The notes: generated by a model from the letters alone, not told the origin. DNA of 64,000 nt from Octopus vulgaris (GCA_951406725.2 OX597820.1:90954001-91018000), one strand, 5' to 3'; positions 15,201 to 30,061 are shown, numbered from the stretch's first letter. Numbers and translations: made by a program.

Positions 15201-18200
15201 GGAAATAAGATTCATTTTCATTTAGAAAGAGTTTCTTATATTAGATTTGCGATTTCCAAAATTAATTTTGAAATTTAAATTCAAATGTTATCTCTTCTTC
15301 TTTGTCAATATCAAATAGTTGACCCATTTTTCTCCATACGAATTATCTTTAAATTTCTTAAACTGTGTCACAAACACAACAGAAAAACCGCCGTTTCATT
15401 TTAAATTGTTACGTGCATCTAATATCTATAGAAGACACAACTAAATAGATAGATAGATAAATAAATAAATACATAAAATACAAAAGTTGTTGAGGTTAAT
15501 CATATACTATAGAAACTAATACATTGTATTTATTTCACTAATTATGTTGTAACTAGAAAATGAAACTAAACTGTGGAATCGGAATCTAGTGGGACATAAA
15601 TACTGTTATGCATTTAATTGTACATTCCTATGTTACTCTGTACTGATGTTATGATCTTACAACACTAGTTAGACTCTGCTTCACTGATGAGGTCTAACAA
15701 AATCGAAACATTTCTGGTGTTATTATATAACTGCTAAAAAGATCATATTTACTTTCTCCTGTCATACATATTTATTGATTTTAGATAATTGAAATATCAA
15801 AGTTGCCTTTCAGTGCCATTTTTCAACAGAATCAACTATTTCAAAAAATAATAACACTTGTTATTAATTGTATAAAATTAATGAATTAAAATTCCTTGGG
15901 TTGCTTCAGCTAATGAACTCACTCTATTCATCTATTAAATAACTGTTATGTAACATGTATACGAACTATGTTACACGATGATAACATTAAATGAAATCTA
16001 AACCCCCCACATCCAATGAACATTTTCTTTATGTTGTATTTATTTATAATTTCAACTGTGTGTATTTTGAATCCAATGCATTCACATGAACTCTTCTTTG
16101 TTATCTATGTTCAATACCAGTTAAATTAGCGTCATAATATTAAAGAAAGGCACCGTTTAGATATTAGCTAGAAATATTTATGCGGTAATTAAAAAATACT
16201 GATTAGTATTAGTTTTCGTCAACGACGGGAGATAAGATTGGACATATATATTAACATTATCATGACCTCATTAGCAAAGAAGACTAATATATTTGTCAAA
16301 GTGATGATAACAGAAGCATAATCACTAAGTAAATGTACAAGATTGTACACCGTAAGATAAATATATGATTTGGCAGCCAAATATTTAGAAAGACGATTAT
16401 TTACAATGCTGATATCTTACCTACACAAAATATTAGGTTGTTTTAGTTTTTCAGCTATCACAACTAAGACCAGCTGTAGCACCGCGTTCATATATTTCTT
16501 ATAATAAAGAATCACGTACACACTTTGAGAAAATAGTAATGCTTTTTATATTCTCAGTTAATATCAATGAATATGTTACACCTAGTTTGATATGAGGTTA
16601 ATTTTGGCTTGATTTTTATTTCATGGGTCACGAACGGAGTTATGAATTAATTGCACATTTCATCGTTTTCATTCAACCGTGGATATAATATATTTTGACC
16701 TTATATTAAACAAACTGTTCAACTGTTCAAAATTATCTGGAAGTAATTTCCTCATTTTCATACGATGCGAACGAAAAACTTAGCTATTTACTTCAAATAT
16801 ATCTTTCATGGCTCTTTTATTATATACTACAATCCTGCTAGAAAAAAAAAAGACATACACACACACACATACAGAGAGAGAGAGAGACACACACACACAC
16901 ACACATATACATATACATTTTATGCGTGCATATCTTTATGTGCTTGAATGTCTATGAATGAACATATATAAAAGGAAGTGCGGGAAATAAGGACAGAGAG
17001 AGAGAGTTATTTCACGAATACATACTTACACACACACACACATTATATGAGTAAATACACAAGTACGTGTTTCGACATTGAAAGCAGACACAACTCTATT
17101 CACATATAGTATATCAATATTTTCAAAACAAAACAAAACAGATTATTAGTTGGACGGCCATTCGTCTTAAATTTATGGCATGAACAGCGATAACCTTCAA
17201 GATAGTGCTCCGGTATGGTCCTATTCATAAGCAATAAATTTAAACTAAAGAACTACATTCATTCACTGTTTGTTAAGCTACATTGTTGGCCAAGTCTTAT
17301 AAGCAGTGGAGAGAAGGTAACCGATATACTTAGCCTTCACCCACATGAACTCTCTACCGGTTTCTCATATTGCGTTACTCTATTCTTTTTCAATTCTGTT
17401 CCACGTTATGGGAAAGCTGGAAGAAGAAATCAAAGGCTGCATCATCTTAAGCGAACAATCGGCTTTATCAGATGAAAATTAATATTAGTGACCTTATATA
17501 TGTATATATATATTGATATTCGCTTTTATGTTAAGTTATAATAAAAACAATTTCACATTGATTGATCGCAAGGTTTACTTCATAGTTTTGTAGAGTACAT
17601 TATTTTTATTCTTTAACAAGTATTTGTTGATAATAAACCCGAAACTTCGGCCAGCTAACCCATCATCAGACAGTCCGATGATGTTTTAGCGGGTAAAATT
17701 TTCGAAGCCACTGTCAATGCTACTCTTGTTAAAAATAATGTGTGTGTGTGTGTGTGTACACTGTTGTGTCTGGGGAGAGTCATTCGCTTTTAGTGCTTTA
17801 TAATTTAACACACACATCGGTAAAATTTCCACTCATTTCCTTTATTTTTCTAAAATTTCCGTTGCGTCCTGCCACCTTTTCAATCGTTTCGACTCTGTCC
17901 GTTCTTCACACTGCGTTCATTTTGTTTCTTTGTGCGCATGTGTATGGGTCAGTGTGTGTGTGTGTGCATATACATGTATGTATGTACGTTAGTATGTATG
18001 CATGTGTGTTTGCATATGTATATATGTAAGTGTGTACATTTGACTGTATGTATTCTACATATTTATGTGTTTGCATGCACGTGTTTGTGTGTTTTTATGT
18101 ATGTATGTGTATGTGAGTGTGTTTGCATGTGTGTGTACCTATGTCGCCTTGCGTGTGCATGCTGAGTGTGTGTATGGGCTTTTGCAACTGTGTACTGTGT

Positions 18201-18543
18201 TTATATGTATGGATGTCTATCGCCATGTGTGGACGTATGTCTCCATATGTGTTCTTGTGCATATATATATATATATATGCAGGTATATATATATATATAT
18301 CTGCATATGCCTGTGTATATATACACATACAGACGCGATTATACGTAAATCTGGTCGTGTATCAAAACAGATTATATATATATATATATATATAAGTTCA
18401 GCAAAAATTTAGATTCAAATGAATATGGTACTTAATTTAGATGCACCAGAATTTTGTATGGTGTTATCCATAAAAATCCGTGGGGTGATTATAATCAAAA
18501 TAAGCAACAACAATGACTCCGGAGTCATTCTTGTTGCTTATTT

Positions 18544-18678
<135 letters not shown>

Positions 18679-20898
18679 TGTATGTATTCATTTTAAAAAC
18701 ATTTTTCAGTTGTTTATACAATTACATGCACTGGCAGAAAACGTGAAAATTTCAGGGTTATTCTAAAACTTTTAAGATCTTTAGAAGTTTAAAGAGAATC
18801 ATGTATTTATATAATCATAAACACACACACATATATATATACACATATGAACACTCATGAGCATACACAAAAACACACAGACAGACACACACACATACAA
18901 ACACACACACGTAGCCCAACCCACACACATATCGTTTGGGAAGTTACTTGTTCCGATTTTAAATGATGCCACTAAACCAGTGAGATCGCTAAAGAGTTGA
19001 TAGCCATGTAAAACAAATGCATATCTTAATATGAAATTTTGTTTTTCTTTTTCTTTTATGACAGATGTGTATACTATAAAGGACAAAACTAATTTCTCGT
19101 GTTTCTATATCATGGTCCCTAACACCATTGTAATGTATGCGCAGATTTGGTACATATCATATCTGTGTTATGGTGCTTTTCAATGTCTGTATAAGAAAAG
19201 AAACTGTTCAATTTGAAGTCTGGCATGTAGGCTGCGAATTTATATTTTAGTTCATCCTAATAATACTAGTGAGCTTCTGCGAGAGTAAAGTTCATTTCAC
19301 ATGTTTCTTGTGTTTGAATAATTAATTTCTTCTCATTCTGCTGCCTGGGTTATGTATTTAGTATTATTTGGCGAAAACTAATAGAGGCTTCTTAATCTGG
19401 ATTTATGATATGTCTTATATTTATAGCATCTGCTTTTGATAATTTTTTTTGTTAAACATCACACGTATGTATTTATATATAACATACGTAGAAGCATATT
19501 CAACAAGATATACACCCACATATATGCACAAACAGATTCATATATACGTAAATCTGATCGTCTATTAGAATTTAGCTTTATAATGCCTGTCGACCTGCAG
19601 ACAAGTTTAATAGATCTAGTTATACTTGGTAATGGTAGTAATATAAAGAAACATAACATTCAAAATGTAATGCAAAAGGGCCGGCTTCTGCACTTACCTT
19701 GAGGGCATATGGTAAAACATTTAACACTAAACAAATCAGTTACTATTTTCGAAAATCAAAGCCAATATTATGAGATTTGAAAGCAAAAACCATTAGAAGT
19801 TAGAAACTACCTGAAAAAAATTCACTCCTGCTCTCACCTGCAAACACACGCTCACACATCTAAGAAGGATGAATAAAAGAATAAATTCAGAGACCTACAT
19901 ACCAAAAAATGTACCCTACGTAGTAGTTTGCTTTCCAAAGCAGCCGACAAAATCTATCACAAAAGAATTACTATTTCTATCAAAATGACATGAAAATAGC
20001 ATTAACCACTCCTATAAATAAAGGCTAATGAAATTCAAAATTGAAAATATTTAAATAATATATGAAACAATAAAAAAGATAATGAAAGAATAACCGAATC
20101 GTCCAGTCTCTCTTTTAAGCTATTCACGGTTGATTGTCAACAAACGCCACACTAAAATATTATCAACGACCGACTCATCGATATATGTTAAAACATTTTG
20201 ACGTTTCATTTTTTATAAATAGACAAAAACAGTCTATATGTGTGTTTTATGACTATACTTGTGTTTAAGTAATACATACACACATACTCACAGAGATACC
20301 CCCATACGTGTGTCTGTTCAGTTGTATGTACGTGTGCACACTCTATTTATATATATATACCTATGTATAAATATCTATATCTAATCTATCTATATATTTA
20401 TATATATATATATGTATGTGTGATTTTTGTATGTATGTGTGTATATGTGTGTGTGTATTATATGTGTGTATAGAACAACATATGTTACTATAATGTTATG
20501 TGCGAATTCTGATACGACAAATGACATTTTTTTCCAGTAGAAAGAAAAAAATCAATGATGAACTGTAACATAATACTTGGCTGAAGATAAAATATAAAGG
20601 CACTTTAGTAATTGATGTAATCGATCTAGCTTGTATTGATAAACGTTCTTACTGTGTAAAGATCTAAACATATGCCTCACATTGAACTTCATTTATGTCA
20701 CTCAAGTCATTGCAAAAGCAAGAATACTAACCTTTAATCCCTCCAAAATATACAGTATTTTGTCAATATTGTTATGTTCAAGAAATACACTTGTAACAAG
20801 ATATATAGATTACTTTTAACAAGTTAGAACGACAAAGTTTCAGTTACACATCTGATTTAATACATACATACACTCACATACATAATACATACATACAA

Positions 20899-20972
<74 letters not shown>

Positions 20973-21000
20973 GCATATATGTGTGTGTAATCATGCATAT

Positions 21001-21195
21001 GTGTGGTAAGAAGCTTGCTTTCCAAACACATAGTTCCGCGTTAGGTCCCACTGTGTGGCACATTGGGCAAGTGCTTTCTACTACAGCCTCGTTTCGACCA
21101 AAACCTTCTGAGAGGCTTTGGTAGACGGAACTGAAAAGAAGCGAATCGTCTATGTGCGTGTGTGTGTGCCCACGCGTGTATATATATATATATAT

Positions 21196-21247
<52 letters not shown>

Positions 21248-21468
21248 GTATATACATTTATGCTTCTGTGTGTCTATGTCTGACCTACCAGCACTGCTTA
21301 TCACCCATTGTTGATACGTCTGTCTTTCCGTAACTTAAAGGTTCAGGAAAAGGGTCCGATATCATAAGAAGCAGCCGTTCAAAAATGAGTACTAAAATTT
21401 ATTCATCTAACTCAAAATTCAATGCGGTGCCCCAGCATAGCCGCAGTTTAATGACTGAAATAAGTAAT
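21001..21468 (+). mobile_element. SINE type B with expanded internal (TA)n
   Basis: GTGTGGTAAGAAGCTTGC...GGGCAAGTG...GGTAGACGGAACTGAAAAGAAG...GCGGTGCCCCAGCATAGCCGCAG. Confidence 0.85.
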
Positions 21469-24400
21469 AGATAAAGCATAGTATACACATGCACATATTT
21501 ATATATATAGATAGATATAGATATAAATATAGATAGATACATATGTGCGTGTGTGAATGTGTATATACAAAGAAGCACACATATACACGTCTATGTATGT
21601 ATTGCGGGTATTTATTTTATCGATTACATTCATAATCGATACTGATGTGGTTAGAGCTCGTCACATAGGGGAATTTAATGAGTTAATATAAGGTATATAT
21701 ATTTCGGTTTGTTACCGTCTTCAAAACCTCACCGGCCTTACTTTTGAAAACGATATAATCAACAAAATATATTTGTATTTGACCACACACACAACAAAAA
21801 ATAATCAATTATTACAAAATAGTTCGTCTGCCATACTTTACATCCTTTGAGACATTCTGTGTAAAGTCACAAGCGACGGGTGATATTGTATTGTTTTTAA
21901 TGGCGGATATAGAATTGCTGTAATTTATTCGCTAGTCATATACAATAAAATAAACTAGTAGGAAGCTTTTAAATCAATATTATCGATTACAAATTATCAA
22001 TAACAGCTATAAAATTCGAACATCTTTAAAGAGAGAATATACAAAGCCTACACAGAATTAGCTTTTATTTTTTCATTTCTTCAGAGACGTTACGGCAGAT
22101 AAACTGACTTTTAGCAATTAAATGTCTTTACTTTATCTGTATAAAGAAATATCCCGATTATTGCGGGTAATGCGTGCCGAAAACTCCCGCATTATATGAA
22201 TACATGTAAAATCAACGATTGATGTCTAGACTTTGAAAAAATACTAAAATTTTAATTTTCCTAAATACTTTACGAAAAAAAAAATCGATATAAATGAATT
22301 GGACAGAGTTTTATTGAGTTTATTGCAACTGCATATACAAAACAAAGTAATTTTATTGGTTTTGTAGAATTTTTGTTTGTTATTCATTTATTTGTTTATT
22401 TTTACTTGGTCTATAGTAACTGAGTACATTTTCAATTTGTCTTCTGGCTTTATTCACTCACACTGTCTCTACCTTCGGATTTGCATCCATCGTTGTATGA
22501 TTTCCGTCTCCAAAGATTTCAGAATATTGAATTCTTTCACTGATAATTCGTTCGTTCCAATTTGAGCTTTATCTATTCTCTTCTGGCTATCATTTTCAAA
22601 ACATGCACGTGTATGATCTAAATTTAAAAGGTGTAAATCATAGATTATCTAACCATGCGAGTTATGCAATTCTCTGACAAAACTAGTTTTTTGTAGTCAT
22701 GTTCAAGTGTAAAGTAAACTAAGGCATTGTTGCCGTGATTCTTGTAATTTCATACACGAATTCATCAATTTTGTTCCATAGAGTTCACATATTACCAGAT
22801 GTTACTTCATGCAGTGCACCGTTAGTATTTTTTAATACATTTCTCACATTAATGTTTTTCGAAATCTTCGTAAACTTAATTACAATTTTCTGCTGTTGTT
22901 TATTAAATAACCTAGACAGAAATTTTGTGTAAATAATAGGACTTATTCCACTAAATTACTACCTGGCTCATTTGAATTACTGAATTGCTCTTTAGTTTAA
23001 TTATAGATTAAACACCAAATGTTATTGTTGTATTGATGTATTTTTAGTGCAACAGTGATGTATTGGCAGTAAAGATAAGACATTGCCATTTCGACATAAG
23101 TCACTAAATGCAGCGGATGAATCGAAGCATTACTGAAAATTGTTTTAACATTTAGAATCTAAATTCATAGACTTAAAATTTCCTGCGCTATTAAGACACA
23201 GACAATTCAAATAAAGATTACGAAACCATTATTTATGTTGTTTATTCCGAATTAACTACAAAGGTATAACTTGTGAGGGCATTCCTATATTTATGTAGTT
23301 TATTCCTTATAAATTCCAAAGGGGCATGTAGTATTATCTGATCGCGAAATCAACATCGATTTTAATTTTAAACCTCTTGCAGCATTTCCATCTAAAACAG
23401 TGTTAGATGGTGGTTTGTTATCTATTCGTTATTCGCCAGGTTGTTTTATTAGTTATTCGTTTCGAAAAGCAGTTCCTTTCTCTCAACATAAAATTTGTTC
23501 ACTAACATCACAACCATCTTCAATAAATTATATTATCAGCATCGCATCTGAAAATTTTCTCTATAACTCAAAAATATTGCAGAATGTTTTTTAAAAGTCA
23601 AATAGTACCCAGAAAATGCTTTGTTAATTTTCTCCTTTAATTTCGTTTTCTTTGAACTTTTGTAAACAGATAGAGAAATGTTGTTTTGTTTATCACTTGA
23701 CTTAAAGAATGTGTTTTTATTGTAATCGTCGATGCAAAATGACAAAACGTTTGATTTCAATCATTTCGGTTCTTTTGTTTCTTGATGTTTAGAAATAATT
23801 CAATTATGAAAGAGTAATTTATCCCTGTTCTTTATAAAGCTTTACATTCTGTATAATAACGAGCAGCACTGATTCACTTATGATGTGGTCTTGACCTATT
23901 TTAAAATTAGTATTTCTTCTTGCTTGCTTTTTATTACAATTTTTTTCTGATTTTAGAATTTTCCTCATCTTCATGACACTTCACATATCACAAACGTTAC
24001 TTACTCCTTCATATTATTACATAATGTTAAACTGATAGAGTAAAAATGTGATAAACTTCCAATTGACACTGCCTCGAATACCATGCTACCTAGATCAACG
24101 TTGTTTATAGATAATATATATATAAACACATTATGCAGATGGAAAAATATTTCACAGAATTCACATGAATCGGAATATTTGCATTCACTAGAGTAAAAAA
24201 GAAACAGCTGAGAAGGAATATAAACCACAATAGTTACATTTTTTATTCATACCATACACCATAGTAAATCGAATATGCAGCATTCATGCTTCTATGACTA
24301 AATACCAACTGTATTAAAGTTGGTGACTGCAGTACTCGAAACCATAATCGTTTGACTATTCATGATTTGGTCAATAGTTTTCCTAACCTGATTGCTGATA

Positions 24401-24485
24401 GCCTAAACTTTCAGGATTTCATTCTTAAGTTAACGAGATTTCTACTGGATAGCAATATTCATTCCTGTCGGAGATGTTTATTAAT

Positions 24486-24637
24486 TATCAGGTAACTACA
24501 TGTATCAAGTCTTGTCATACTTGGATAGATAAATGTCAGTTTATGTTTAGGTCGATATTATGTATCAGGTAGTTACATGTTTCAAGGCCTGTCATACGCG
24601 GACAGCGTAACTGTTAGTTTATGTTAAGCTCAATATT
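24486..24637. repeat. Diverged tandem duplication, period 77 bp
   Basis: TATCAGGTA..TACATGT.TCAAG..C/TTGTCATAC..GGA.AG...AGTTTATGTT.AG.TC.ATATT at 24486 and 24563. Confidence 0.8.
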
Positions 24638-25519
24638 TGCTTAATTAAATCTTTTTATTGTAATGTCCTTCTGAGATTATTTCCGTCTGAAGTAGCTTCT
24701 GGATATTGCATGCCTTGTCACTGCTGATGAACAACACGTCTTTCTATTCTTCTATCATTGCTATCACTACTGTTGCTTCCTAGAAATTCTCTGGCCCATT
24801 TCCAACTCCAATTAAACAATCTACTTTCCACTGACAGTAAATAGCCCACCGCCAAGTAATTTTCCCATATGAATCTTTCTTGTACAATCCTCGATAAATT
24901 CGACAATTACTACTAATATACGCATTCACACATACGCACACACACACATACAAATACATATATATAGTCACATATGTATGCATGTATATGTATGTGTGTA
25001 TATGCATGTGTAAGTGTGCGCGCGTGCGTGTGTAGGGAAGTATGTACGTTTATTGTCAAGTTTTGTTTAATATTTTCCAATGGCTATATATTGAGCGTAG
25101 ATCCAAAATATTTATAACACACCTCTTCAGAATCCATTGATTACAGATTTATCTAAAAATGTGTTTCGATCTAAATTTCGCCTTGCACAGTCTTTGTGTA
25201 TCTGATTCTTCATCCGTGATCAGTGATTCTTTGATTCACATGTCTTCATTCACGATTTAAAATTTCCCAATAGTAAATTTCTAAAAAATGATTGATAAGT
25301 TCAGTTGTATATTGGTGACTACAGTTAACGAACATATGCATATCATGTAGACTGGATACAAGCTTATAGAAATTAGAGGGTGCAATAAAGGCCATTTTAC
25401 TTCAACTACGTAGGTGGGCTGAAGACTTCATAGGGTGATTATGAAGGAGTAAATCTTGCACGCATTAATTTTAGACTTTCTTATTTATAGCCGCATTGTA
25501 TCTTTCCAGGTACTCTGAT

Positions 25520-26699
25520 ACCTAACTTTAAAAGTAACGGGAGCAACATCAGCTAGGACGTCATAATCACTGATTCCTAGTCAACTGCTTTTTAATGTTG
25601 GGGAACAGAGAGTCAGACGCAGCCAAATCAAGAAAATGAGGAAAGTAGTCAATCAATTCAAAGCCACAATCAAGCACAGCAGGCGCTGAAACCACGGACT
25701 TGTATGCTGGAGCACTGCTCCGATGAAACAAGACCACTTTCTTCAGTTTTCGTGGAAGTTTGGTCGTGATAGCCTTTCGTAACTGCATCAGCAATTTGGC
25801 ATATTACTATCCACTGATGGAGGGATCCTTTCGAAGATAGTCAATAAACGCAATGTCTTTTTTCATTCCAAAATTCTGAGGCCATTACCTTCCCTGCAGA
25901 TGAAACGACTCTGGCTTTCTTTGGAGCGGATGAGGAGGGATGTTTCCACTTCATGGATTGTTTCTTTGTTTCTGAATCAAAGTGATGAATCCAACACTCG
26001 TCCTGCGTTAGGAAACGTTGATGGAAACCAGCTAGAATCTGCCTCAAACGATGTCGGATTTTCTCGTTATGTGAGCAGGTTGGTTCGCTTTTGATCAGAT
26101 GTCTACAGCAACCCTTGTTACGCCGAGCACATTGAGCAGAATGTTCTCAATTCTCTCACATAATATGCTGTTATCATTGGTTATTCAATTCATTGTAATC
26201 ACCTGTCATTTATCATCATGTGGTGAACACAATCAAAACCTTCCTCGGTAATTTCAGTTGCAGGACGTCCAGATCTTGGATCATCTTCAAGACTCACCCT
26301 TCCACTCCTAAATTCAGATGTTCATTTTTGCTCTGTTGACAGAGATGGAGCGTCATCTGCTAATGTAGTAACCTATTTTTTACGACCCACAAGGGGCTAA
26401 CACAGAGAGGACAAACAAGGACAGACAAACGGATTAAGTCGATTATATCGACCCCAGTGCATAACTGGTACTTAATTTGTCGACCCCAAAAGGATGAAAG
26501 GCAAAGTCGACCTTGGTGGAATTTGAACTCGGGACCTAACGGCAGGCGAAATACGGCTGCGCATTTCGCCCGGCATACTAATGTTTCTGCCAGTTTGCCG
26601 CCTTAATGTAGTAATCATGCCAGTGTGACATGTTCTTGAGGTCTAAACTCTTTTTTTCTGCAGGTATTTGACAACACCACGATGCTAAAATTTGTCCAT
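25520..26699 (-). pseudogene. Mariner transposase pseudogene (frameshifts, stops, SINE insertion)
   Basis: ORF 25841-26047 FLTQDECWIHHFDSETKKQSMKW...SAGKVMASEFW matches the TGDETW...SAGKVM motifs. ORF 25567-25794 VLFHRSSAPAYKS...PHFLDLAASDSLFPNIKKQL matches the HDNAPAH and YSPDLAPSD motifs. Probable ATG (MDK...) at 26699; 3' end approximate. Confidence 0.9.
26372..26603 (-). mobile_element. SINE type A inserted in the mariner transposase ORF
   Basis: Reverse complement of the 10626 element; TSD TAATGTAGTAA at 26361-71 and 26604-14. Confidence 0.9.
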
Positions 26700-27761
26700 T
26701 TTAAAAAAGTCACTACTAGTTACATTTGAATTCTTCTGAGAACAATCAGATGTCAGTTTAATAATGCAGTTATTTATATGGTAATTTGAAATTAATGCAT
26801 GCAAAGTTTCAAAATATCAAATTTCAAAATTTCAAAATTAATGCATGCAAAATTTCAAAACTAGCATTATTCGTTCATATTCAGCCTATGGACCTTTCAG
26901 CCCAACCTCATACCTATTCCCCCTATGATTTGTAAACCGTATTCAGTAAAATGCTGAGTGATACCCTTTGGAATAACTTTCTGATGATTTAATAGCTAAA
27001 GCATTAATTCGGAGTGAGTACAAACAGTATTTTCGAACAAATTTAATAATATTGTCTTCGATATATAGACATATAGGTTGGTCAGGTCTACGCTGGCCTA
27101 GTGGGCAACAATAACAAGGTCAGCTGTGAAACAAACATAGATTACTCTAAAATGGAAGTTTCAGCATAGACCAGTAGAGTACCCCTTGATGCTGAAATGC
27201 TCCTCGAAACATAATGAAAATCATGTTTGTCACACATTACTAATTTCGTCTCTAAAACTACAGATGCAAATAAATTTGTTCCGTATAATATCCTGGAATT
27301 CTTTGTTTGCATATACATGTGCAGTTATGGATATTCTGAAAAATATTGGTCCATTTCTATAGACACATACCTCTGTATACATATATTCATATATATATCA
27401 TTATGAAAATTATGTATATACGCGTTGTTTTCTGAGTGTAACTGTTTTAGCAAACATACAAGCATGTGTAAATTTATGGGTTCCATTTACATAAATAAAT
27501 TCAAAAAAGAAAATGAAATGAAATGTAAGTGTAATGTATTATGCTTTCATTTCCTAGTGTGAGATGTAACAGCGATTTGGTTTCCGTTCACAAACGAAAC
27601 GCTATGGCACCACTTAGATGGTTAATGCATTTTTGAAAATGCATTATAAGTCCTTATTTCCTCTTTTATTACATATCTCAAACTTCTAGGTTCTCTCTAA
27701 GATGATTTAAACTTAGTTACTCTTTTCCATCTTGTTCCTTACACACACACACACACACACT

Positions 27762-27815
<54 letters not shown>

Positions 27816-28276
27816 CGTTTGTATGAATGTATGTATATGTTGTTCCTATGCGCATGTATACATATAGAAATATAGATAAAGAGTTAGATGTGAAGAAGTA
27901 TATATACGTATATGTGTGTGTAAGAATGCATACACAGATACACACACGTGTGTGGTGTGTGCATGTATGTATATATATATATATATAAGCATACTTGCAT
28001 ACATAAGATACACAGGAACTGGGAAGCAAAGATTCGGAAAACAAAATGTTAAATTGCTACATTATATACATATATTATACATTCATCATTCATCACTATA
28101 ACATGTTTTATAAAGAATTTTAAAGTAAATATCAAACATTTAGCAAGAATTTGGAAAGTAGACAATGCCAAAATACATAGTGTCAGAAACTGAATTAGTC
28201 TTTTACTGTTTGTCGAGCAACCATGCAACACTAAATATTTGAGAATTTGCGTCATACACTCCTTGAAATAATGGTT

Positions 28277-28495
28277 TCAAATTTTGGCAGAAGGCCGGCA
28301 ATTTTGGAGAAGAGGTACCTCATTTATATGGCCCTCAGTGCTCAACCGGTACTTATTTTATCGATCCCGGAAGGTTGAAAAGCTAAGTCGAGACCTAGGA
28401 GGAACTGGAACTCCTAGGAACGTAAGCTGGACAAAATGCCGCTGGAATGTAAGCTGGACAGAATGCCGCTAAGCATTCTGCACGGTATGCCAATG
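28277..28495 (-). mobile_element. SINE type A2, diverged, with internal 27-bp tandem duplication
   Basis: Reverse complement matches the A2 tail and core (GGTACTTATTTTATCGATCCC). GGAAYGTAAGCTGGACARAATGCCGCT occurs twice at ~28417-28470. Confidence 0.7.
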
Positions 28496-28707
28496 GTTAA
28501 TTAGAGGAAAATATATCCGATAGTAAGTTTATATACAGATTCCAGACTAATGTTTTTCAGAAATAGCACACCAGTCCATCTGGAAAGCTGCGGCAACCAA
28601 CTTCAGCAAGGAATGAGACTGCATGCATCATCGATTAAATCCTGATACCTGATTTCTTTTAGCTGGTGATGTATATTGAGTCTCTCCTATGTGATCTGTC
28701 TATCTAT

Positions 28708-28761
<54 letters not shown>

Positions 28762-28776
28762 GTCTTTCTCTCTCTC

Positions 28777-28818
<42 letters not shown>

Positions 28819-28838
28819 TGACTTTCTCTCTCTCACTT

Positions 28839-28875
<37 letters not shown>

Positions 28876-29661
28876 TGCCGTTTAGTAGTACATGCCGTTT
28901 TGTCACTTTGTGAATTATTTTACCATTTTTCATATTATATTCACAACATGTATAAATACATATTGATGCACATACACATGCAGGCACACACAAATATAAA
29001 CTTACATATGCGTATATATGTGCGTGTGTGTGGTCTGTGTTTACGTGTGTGTGTGTGCATTTTAGCCACTTAGGAGAACAAACGTTGAATTTCAATCAGT
29101 GGTATGAATCACCTGCTAGTAAGAAATATTGAATAAACCAAGATTTTGATACGAACAAGTAACATAAGCAAAAAACGCAGACAAATAATGCTTTTGTCAT
29201 TCTTGTTTTAATTTAGATTTTATTTTTGTTTGTCTTGTTTTCAGCAGCGATTTTTTTTTTTAATATAGCAATATTTAATATAGAAATGATACTTCAAGAA
29301 CAACTTTTAAAGAGATGAATACACACATTACTAGCAGTCTATTTTATGAAGTTTTGTAACGGAATAAACAATATTAGCAACTTCGGTAAATAAAATTAGA
29401 GACAAAGCACTACATATCAAAATATATTCACACTGACTAATCGACCAAACAATTAAAATATAAACCTACACAATATAAAACACATACACCACTAAAATAC
29501 ACATACACGCACACATAGACATATGTAAATATAGGTATATAGATATACACACACGAATGTCCATCTATTTTTCTATAAAGAGATCACCTCCCATTATCTC
29601 CCATTCTCCCCTTTATGCATACATATATACATATATACAAACATACATGTATATGCATACA

Positions 29662-29722
<61 letters not shown>

Positions 29723-29982
29723 GATAATACTATGATAAATGCAATTAGTATGAAAAAACAGTTATATATATATATATATGCATATACGTACATATAAAAA
29801 TATATAAAATATATACATGCATACATATACACCTTATACATACAAGCATATATATATACGCATATATATACTCACAAATATATATATATACATATAGGTA
29901 CATATATACAAACGCACTTATATGCATATAGAGACACACATATAGATACATACATGTAGATACATACATACAGACAGACAGG

Positions 29983-30061
<79 letters not shown>
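29983..30061. repeat. (TAGA)n microsatellite
   Basis: Read directly. Confidence 0.95.

Larger units (their letters stand above)
25409..26910 (-). mobile_element. Decayed Tc1/mariner (mariner-type) DNA transposon, ~1.26 kb once the nested SINE is removed
   Basis: Imperfect TIRs: left (TA)CGTAGGTGGGCTGAAGACTTCATAGGGTGATTATGAA versus reverse complement of the right end (TA)TGAGGTTGGGCTGAAAGGTCCATAGGCTGAATATGAA. TA flanks at 25407-8 and 26911-12. Internal transposase remnants. Confidence 0.9.

Noticed and set aside
19640-20030. Possible decayed GIY-YIG endonuclease remnant
   Set aside because: Only vague motif resemblance with many stops; cannot be supported without a profile search.
27180-27215. 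Hammerhead/Penelope-like TTGATG...CGAAAC
   Set aside because: Core and stems too degenerate to call.
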